Shown: piece after piece, positions 50,580 to 55,348 of the stretch
Position numbering within the stretch: position 1 is the first letter of the stretch
Layout of the letters: each line of letters opens with the position of its first letter
NCBI GenBank assembly: GCA_025356545.1
Contig: JANXSU010000293.1
Location: forward strand, 1 to 55,348
DNA from: Comamonadaceae bacterium
GTDB lineage: Bacteria > Pseudomonadota > Gammaproteobacteria > Burkholderiales > Burkholderiaceae_C
Length of the DNA: 55,348 nucleotides
Direction: 5' to 3'
Made by a program: the position numbers and the translations under genes
Notes under the pieces: generated by a model
The model's database searches: none
What the model was told of the DNA's origin: nothing
Seen by the model: only the letters and a program-made list of their open reading frames with translations

Positions 50580-51125
50580 TTATGCAGCTTTAGTGGCTTT
50601 TTTTGCAGCGTCAACGGCTTGCTTGGACACTGTAGCGAAGTTAGTTTGTGCAGCTTCCACGGCTTTTTTGGCCGAAGCCTGAGCAGAGTCCACAGCCTTT
50701 TGGCCAGCGCTCAGTGCGCTTTTGAAAGCAGCAACTGCGGTTTCGGTACCGGCGGGTGCGTTCTTTTCCAAGTTTTCAACAGCGCTGTCAAAAGCTTTTT
50801 TTGCTTCGGCAACTTTGGCTTCAACGGTTTTGGTGAAGCCAGCGCCGCTGTCGGTCGCAATCGCTTGAACATGCTGGAAGTAAGCAGCAGATTTCTCGGC
50901 CACAGGCTTGAAGAAAGCAGATTGCAGGGCCAGCAGGTCAGGGGCTGTCTTCACGCCCATCACAGCTTGCAGGTGGCTGAATGACTCGCCCAAAGCGGCT
51001 TTGGAGGCAGCCATGTTCAGCTCAACCAGCTTCTCCACACCAGCGTAAGCCTGGGTGGCTGCGCCTTCGAGAGCTTGCAAGTTTTCTTTGTTCGATGCGA
51101 TGAATTGTTCAGCAGTGTTGTTCAT
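50580..51125 (-). CDS. phaP: Phasin (PHA granule-associated protein, PhaP family)
   Basis: 181 aa, Ala/Lys-rich. MNNTAEQFIASNKENLQALEGAATQAYAGVEKLVELNMAASKAAL is the typical phasin_2 N-terminus. Confidence 0.88.
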   Translation of the reverse strand: MNNTAEQFIASNKENLQALEGAATQAYAGVEKLVELNMAASKAALGESFSHLQAVMGVKTAPDLLALQSAFFKPVAEKSAAYFQHVQAIATDSGAGFTKTVEAKVAEAKKAFDSAVENLEKNAPAGTETAVAAFKSALSAGQKAVDSAQASAKKAVEAAQTNFATVSKQAVDAAKKATKAA

Positions 51126-51192
51126 GATGATGTCCTTAAGTTAAGTGAAAAATTTGAGTGCCTTGCGCTATAAAAATCGATTTTAGATATTT

Positions 51193-51209
51193 ATGTTGCA
51201 GTGCAGCAT
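51193..51209. promoter_or_regulatory. TGC-rich imperfect palindrome downstream of the phasin -10, PhaR-operator-like
   Basis: ATGTTGCAGTGCAGCAT (14/17 symmetric). A similar motif GTTGCGTTGCAGCA occurs at 51250-51270. Confidence 0.35.
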
Positions 51210-51217
51210 GGGATCGA

Positions 51218-51245
51218 ATTATAGGGATAACCCGTAGCCATGCAA
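51218..51245 (-). promoter_or_regulatory. Sigma70-type promoter of the phasin gene
   Basis: On the minus strand, TTGCAT (51245-51240), a 16-nt spacer, then TATAAT (51223-51218), about 90 nt upstream of the ATG. Confidence 0.55.
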
Positions 51246-51249
51246 GTGA

Positions 51250-51270
51250 TTTTGTTGCGTTGCAGCAAAA
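51250..51270. promoter_or_regulatory. Second TGC-rich imperfect palindrome just upstream of the phasin -35
   Basis: TTTTGTTGCGTTGCAGCAAAA. Confidence 0.35.
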
Positions 51271-51383
51271 TTAGGGTCAAAGACCTAAATCTGAAAACAT
51301 TCTCTTGGCGATGGGAATCGGGTAGAGGGGTGTCGAGAACTCGGTACTTACACTAGGCGACAGTCACAAAGATCACAACTCCC

Positions 51384-51740
51384 ATGCGTCCCATCTGGCT
51401 CACCATACTTCTACTGTCGTGCAGCAATGTGTTCATGACCTTTGCCTGGTACGCCCATCTCAAGGAAATGAACCAGAAGCCCTGGGTGATCGCTGCATTG
51501 GTCAGTTGGGGCATCGCGTTTTTTGAGTACATGCTCCAGGTGCCCGGCAACCGCATCGGCTATACCGTGATGTCGGTGGCGCAGTTGAAGATTTTGCAAG
51601 AAGCCATCACACTCACCGTCTTCGTGCCCTTTGCGCTGCTGTACCTGAAAGAGCCTTTGAAGTTGGATTACCTTTGGGCCGCGCTGTGCATCCTGGGTGC
51701 GGTCTATTTCATTTTCCGTAGCCGCTGGGCGGGCGTTTAA
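51384..51740 (+). CDS. DMT-superfamily small membrane protein (DUF486)
   Basis: 118 aa with four hydrophobic helices. LSCSNVFMTFAWYAHLK...WGIAFFEYMLQVPGNRIGY is typical of DUF486. Confidence 0.8.
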   Translation: MRPIWLTILLLSCSNVFMTFAWYAHLKEMNQKPWVIAALVSWGIAFFEYMLQVPGNRIGYTVMSVAQLKILQEAITLTVFVPFALLYLKEPLKLDYLWAALCILGAVYFIFRSRWAGV

Positions 51741-51759
51741 TTTTTAACTGGAGAACTCC

Positions 51760-52179
51760 ATGAAACTGAACCTGTCCATCAAGCCCATCACCATTGGCGG
51801 CGTCATTTTGAGTGCGGCTTTTGCCGCCGGTTTCGCTGTCGCCGAGCGCACGCCACCAATCCAAACGGTGGGCTTTAGCGAAGAGCTGCTGCGCACAATG
51901 GACTTGGGCAAAGAAATCGCATCCACTCAGAACCGCCCCCTGCGCATGCGCAAGATCACGCTACAGCCCGGCGGCATTCTGGGTATCCACAACCATGTGG
52001 ATCGCCCCGCCATTACCTACTTACTGCAAGGGCAGATGACTTATCACCAAGAAGGCAGGCCGGACCTGGTGGCCAACCCTGGCGATGGTTTTGCCGAAGG
52101 CCGCGACACGACCCATTGGGGCGAGAGCACAGGCAAAGTCCCGGCAGTTTGGGTGGCGGTGGATATTCCGAAGTCTTGA
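51760..52179 (+). CDS. Secreted or membrane-anchored cupin-domain protein
   Basis: N-terminal hydrophobic segment ITIGGVILSAAFAAGFAVA. Cupin motifs GGILGIHNHVDRP and DTTHWGES. Confidence 0.7.
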   Translation: MKLNLSIKPITIGGVILSAAFAAGFAVAERTPPIQTVGFSEELLRTMDLGKEIASTQNRPLRMRKITLQPGGILGIHNHVDRPAITYLLQGQMTYHQEGRPDLVANPGDGFAEGRDTTHWGESTGKVPAVWVAVDIPKS

Positions 52180-52185
52180 GTGGTT

Positions 52186-52211
52186 AATTGAAGTCAGCAC
52201 TAGAATTGAAG
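52186..52211 (+). promoter_or_regulatory. 8-bp direct repeat upstream of the ParDE-type locus (possible antitoxin binding sites)
   Basis: AATTGAAG at 52186-52193 and again at 52204-52211. Confidence 0.3.
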
Positions 52212-52244
52212 ATAATGAGGTTTTACGCATTTACTCAAATAACC

Positions 52245-52520
52245 ATGCCAAACACACCATCAGAAGCCACCCAGCGCCTGAATGTTGACCTACCCAAGTC
52301 GCAGTATTTCGCTCTCAAGTCTTACGCGCTGCACAACGAGACCACGGTCTCGCAACTGGTGCGCGATTCGCTGCGTGGCATCGTTGAATACGACACCTGG
52401 TTCAAAGCCAAGGTGCAAGCCGCTCAGACTGACCCGCGCCCTGCCATTAACCCGGAAGAATGGGACGTTATCCGGGCCAATAAATTAGCGCAACGTAAAG
52501 CACTGGCTGCTAAAGTATGA
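52245..52520 (+). CDS. RHH-type antitoxin (ParD-like)
   Basis: Internal start MPNTPSEATQRLNVDLPKSQYFALKSYALHNETTVSQLVRDSL (RHH). Its stop overlaps the toxin start (ATGA). Confidence 0.75.
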   Translation: MPNTPSEATQRLNVDLPKSQYFALKSYALHNETTVSQLVRDSLRGIVEYDTWFKAKVQAAQTDPRPAINPEEWDVIRANKLAQRKALAAKV

Positions 52521-52789
52521 AGGTGCTGCGCAAGCAACAGTACTCCGAAAGCCTGCAAGCCATCGAAGACCATATCGCGCATGACAACCCCAGCGCCGCC
52601 ATTGACCTTTGGCTCAGCATTGACGATCAGGTGAGCAAGCTGTCCGACCCGAACTTTCCCCGTCGACGTGGCCGCTTGGCAGGCACGTTAGAGTTGGTGG
52701 CGCATCCCAATTACGTGGTGATTTTGGAGCAAACGCTGGATACCGTGACGGTGCTTGAAGTGTTGCATGTGGCTATGAAGTATCCGTGA
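52517..52789 (+). CDS. parE: ParE/RelE-family toxin
   Basis: 90 aa. ...LQAIEDHIAHDNPSAAIDLW...PRRRGRLAGTLELVAHPNYVVILEQ...VTVLEVLH matches ParE topology. Confidence 0.85.
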   Translation: MKVLRKQQYSESLQAIEDHIAHDNPSAAIDLWLSIDDQVSKLSDPNFPRRRGRLAGTLELVAHPNYVVILEQTLDTVTVLEVLHVAMKYP

Positions 52790-52904
52790 GGTGAGCAGAA
52801 GCACGTTATAAATGTTGGTCGACTGGCTTGTGAGCTGAGTGCGATTTCGGAATAAGGTCAACTCAGTGACTGATTCAAAAAATGTTGCAATACAAGACCT
52901 GACA

Positions 52905-54418
52905 CAATACTGTTCGTTTAGCCATCATCTCGATACAAATGGGTATGGTCATATTTTCGTCGTACAGGCGGCGTGACAGTGGGGGCAGGCTCAAACGGTT
53001 GCTTTCTTGGCGCTTGCCGGCTAAAGCTCGCATAGGGAGAGTTTCTGCGTTTGACCATGCGAGGCGAACGCTTATTGATGGTTCTGACTGCTTTGAGTTT
53101 TGCGCACTGCGCCAGCAGCTGCTCAAACCAACGGCGGCGCTTTCTTGGCCTTGCTGGGGGAAAAAGCCCCGCTTGGGGGCTGATTGACTCGCAGTGCGTT
53201 CAGATGCGCGACGAACGATTGCTCTGCATGCCTGAGTTTGTGGCGGCTCGCTCCCTGGTGCAGCAGCCAGCGCACCGCGTAATGCGCCATCACCCAGCCG
53301 TAGAACTCCTGGCGCACCAGATCCGGAGTTTTGCTGCGCAGCACGCGCCTGCTTTGCAGCAGATGCGTTTTGAGCTCATCAAACACCGCCTCGACCTGCC
53401 AGCGCTCGTGATACAGCCGCGCCAACGCATGCGCAGGCGCTGCCGCGTGATCCATCAAGCTCGTCACCAGACGATAGGCCACCCTTTCACCCTTGGCGTT
53501 CGCCAGCTCATAGTCAATCACCCGTACCGCCACGGCTTGCGCTCGGCGCTCCTCCCGAGTGCCTGCGCCGGGCGCCAATTGGCTTAAAAATGAATTGTCT
53601 GGCAAGACCTTTTGAACGGCCAGCAGCTGCGTCGTGCTGGCTCGCCACAGCAGATGCGCTCCGCTTTGCCGCGCGGCCACCCAGCGGCTGTGGCCACGAA
53701 ATCCCCGATCCGCCAAACACAGCATGGATGCATCGAGCTTGGGCAGCAACTGCTTGCACAGCTTGAACTCCTCCGTGCCATAAGCGCCGATACACGCACC
53801 GAAGATGGCGTGCGTGGCGCACTCCACCAGCACCGCACACTGCGCCTGCGGGTAGCTTGCATGCCCGGTGCGGCTGCCCGGATAGCCAAAAGCCTCTACA
53901 TTGGCGGCCTCATCGGGCAGTTCAAAGTTTGAACCATCCATGGCCACGATACGCAAGCCCGCAAAGAATGCCTCCGGGTGCGTCTTGGGGTCGGCCATGG
54001 GCAGACAATGCTGGCTCATCAGATCTTGCAGCGGTTGCCAGCCGATTTTGCTGCGCAACGCAGAAATCGATGATTTGGCGATGCTCTGCGTCATGGGCTG
54101 GCCAGCACTCCAGGCCAGGCCAGAGCTGACGACGGAAAACACGGACTCGTAGGACGCTTCGGGGTAAAGACTGAGCGCCATGCAGTAGTAAACACCGGCA
54201 GTCGCATGAAAATCGCGCAAGCGCCGGCTGTTGCGGCCATGCCGATCCAGACAGGCTGCCACCGATTCAGAGGGAAAAGCCTGCGCCAATAGGCTTGCGC
54301 TCAAGTAGTCACTCAACCGAGCCCCAGCGCCCAACACCGCTTTCGTTCTTGCCATCGCAGCATCTCCTTGAAAGGTGCTACGAATTCTATAGTAAAGTTA
54401 GCTAAACGAACAGTATTG
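52905..54418 (-). mobile_element. IS4-family insertion sequence (1514 bp)
   Basis: Perfect 18-bp terminal inverted repeats: CAATACTGTTCGTTTAGC (52905-52922) and its reverse complement (54401-54418). The flanking 10-mers AGACCTGACA (52895-52904) and AGAACTGACA (54419-54428) match 9/10, consistent with a target-site duplication. It encloses one transposase ORF. Confidence 0.85.
53123..54355 (-). CDS. IS4-family DDE transposase
   Basis: 410 aa. D (IVAMDGSNF), D (LCLADRGF) and the Y-x2-R-x3-E-x6-K signature (LYHERWQVEAVFDELK), plus an IS4-type N-terminal domain. Confidence 0.9.
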   Translation of the reverse strand: MARTKAVLGAGARLSDYLSASLLAQAFPSESVAACLDRHGRNSRRLRDFHATAGVYYCMALSLYPEASYESVFSVVSSGLAWSAGQPMTQSIAKSSISALRSKIGWQPLQDLMSQHCLPMADPKTHPEAFFAGLRIVAMDGSNFELPDEAANVEAFGYPGSRTGHASYPQAQCAVLVECATHAIFGACIGAYGTEEFKLCKQLLPKLDASMLCLADRGFRGHSRWVAARQSGAHLLWRASTTQLLAVQKVLPDNSFLSQLAPGAGTREERRAQAVAVRVIDYELANAKGERVAYRLVTSLMDHAAAPAHALARLYHERWQVEAVFDELKTHLLQSRRVLRSKTPDLVRQEFYGWVMAHYAVRWLLHQGASRHKLRHAEQSFVAHLNALRVNQPPSGAFSPSKAKKAPPLV

Positions 54419-54550
54419 AGAACTGACACCTCAGGTAATTGCGACGATTTAATAATGCATAACGTGAAGATGACCGGGCCACAACACTTTGCGGCGAAGC
54501 CGCCCCCCGCTGTTGTGGGTCCGTGTCGATTGGCATGTTAAAGCTCGCCG

Positions 54551-54943
54551 TCATAGTGCCCGACGCGCCGAAATGCGATGTGACGCAACGGTGGCCACCA
54601 GCGGCATGGCAAAAGCCAAAACGCAAAAAGAGATAGCAATGGGCCAATGGTCGGAATCCGCCCAAGTAAGCCCGTACAAAATGGCGAGAAGTGCCGCCAC
54701 TGCAAGCGCCACGATACTCAATCGGGCCAACCAGCGCGAGCGGCTCGCGTAGAGGAAACTTACGGCGACGAGCGCCGAAAAAACCAGTAAGACGTAGGCC
54801 GAAGTAAAAAGCGGCAACCCAATTGAGTCGGATTCGACGGGATATGTGCCAGCCGCCAAGTTCTTCTGCAACACCGCGAAGACCACGCCCTCTGTCCCTA
54901 AGACAGCAGCAAGCAAGACGATGGCACGTAACAGGAGCGTCAT
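54551..54943 (-). CDS. Hypothetical small membrane protein (4 predicted TM segments)
   Basis: 130-aa ORF with four long hydrophobic runs. No recognisable family. GC content and codon usage look native. Confidence 0.5.
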   Translation of the reverse strand: MTLLLRAIVLLAAVLGTEGVVFAVLQKNLAAGTYPVESDSIGLPLFTSAYVLLVFSALVAVSFLYASRSRWLARLSIVALAVAALLAILYGLTWADSDHWPIAISFCVLAFAMPLVATVASHRISARRAL

Positions 54944-54984
54944 GTGAACTTTAACGTGATGTAGCTCGTCGGATAAACCAAGAA

Positions 54985-55109
54985 ACCCAGTGTATCCGAC
55001 CGGCTAAGGTCGAACTGCCGATGCCACGCAGAACTCACCGATTGCCCGTAGTCCTCGGTCAGTGTAGTAATGTGGATTGTCAAATTTCCTGGCCCAGTGT
55101 ATCCGCCGG
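54985..55109 (+). repeat. Pair of 17-18-bp direct repeats 108 bp apart in a non-coding region
   Basis: CCCAGTGTATCCGACCGG (54985-55002) and CCCAGTGTATCCGCCGG (55093-55109). Confidence 0.6.
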
Positions 55110-55131
55110 AATATTCTGATCGGGCTCCCCC

Positions 55132-55348
55132 TCAAACCCTCCCCAAACCCCGCAAAATCTTCTCCGGCGTCACCGGCTGCGACCACACCTGCGCCCCCAA
55201 AGGCCGCAGCGCATCGTTAATGGCATTCACCACCGCACCGGGTGCCCCCGCAGTCCCCGCTTCCCCCGCGCCCTTGGCTCCTAAAACAGAACTGCTCGTA
55301 GGCGTCTCCACATGCGCCACCACGATGTCCGGCATTTCACCGGCCATG
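55132..55348 (-). CDS. Xanthine dehydrogenase / aldehyde oxidase-family molybdopterin-binding subunit, C-terminal end (5' part is outside the window)
   Basis: ...VLGAKGAGEAGTAGAPGAVVNAINDALRPLG... is the conserved C-terminal Glu-containing loop of CoxL/XdhB-type subunits. The ORF is open at the window edge. Confidence 0.8.
   Translation of the reverse strand, partial: MAGEMPDIVVAHVETPTSSSVLGAKGAGEAGTAGAPGAVVNAINDALRPLGAQVWSQPVTPEKILRGLGRV

Noticed and set aside
53051-53587. 178-aa plus-strand ORF inside the IS
   Set aside because: It is antisense to the intact DDE transposase, has no motifs and has an Arg/Leu/Gln-rich shadow composition.
54479-54518. Nested hairpin (CCACAACA...TGTTGTGG with inner GCGGC/GCCGC) downstream of the membrane-protein gene, considered as a terminator
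   Set aside because: No U-run follows on the relevant (minus) strand. I cannot tell whether it is a rho-dependent or structural element or chance GC-rich symmetry, so it is left unannotated.
54402-54665. 87-aa minus-strand ORF spanning the IS right flank
   Set aside because: It crosses the IS boundary and overlaps the 3' end of the membrane-protein gene in another frame. It has no start context or motif.
52188-55131. A defence island or novel immune system around the IS element
   Set aside because: Only a ParDE-type TA pair, one IS4 transposase and a 130-aa hypothetical membrane protein are present. There are no nuclease, helicase, ATPase, methylase or reverse-transcriptase ORFs to support a defence system.

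Overview
High-GC (about 62-64% by eye) betaproteobacterial chromosome segment. It is most consistent with Burkholderiales/Comamonadaceae. That placement is an inference from seven Bug/TctC-type binding proteins, REP elements of the 'PELVEG / FDKLR' type, and the gene order rplS-nudix-cobD, rsgA-phhB-M48, orn-DEAD helicase. I can support about 60 genes.

Contents:
- Housekeeping blocks at 4.4-12.2 kb (rplS, rsgA, orn, DEAD-box helicase) and 41-47.5 kb (miaA, bcr-type MFS, mutL, yjgA, pmbA).
- Several carboxylate and acid-sugar catabolic modules. These are an otnK/otnC-type cluster (0.5-4.1 kb), a tight seven-gene LacI-linked operon (17.3-24.9 kb), a complete glucarate/galactarate to 2-oxoglutarate regulon (29.1-41 kb), and a CoA-transferase/enoyl-CoA hydratase pair.
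- Three type II toxin-antitoxin loci, one with a decayed toxin.
- Three pseudogenes that all carry internal deletions.
- One IS4-family insertion sequence with intact inverted repeats and near-identical 10-bp flanking repeats.
- A phasin gene with a clear promoter and terminator.

I saw no rRNA, tRNA or CRISPR array. I did not find a convincing novel defence-type multi-gene system. The strongest candidates for something undescribed are:
- the PhyH / class III ADH / IlvD-Edd / 2-HADH / RraA-aldolase / 2x Bug operon;
- a REP palindrome translated in frame inside a mosaic mutL linker;
- an otnK/otnC cluster that lacks the canonical isomerase and dehydrogenase;
- a MetE-like enzyme with a His/Asp-rich insertion, flanked by two orphan binding proteins;
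- a recurrent pattern of internal-deletion gene decay.

All functional calls come from reading motifs by eye and recalling family sequences. No database search was run.
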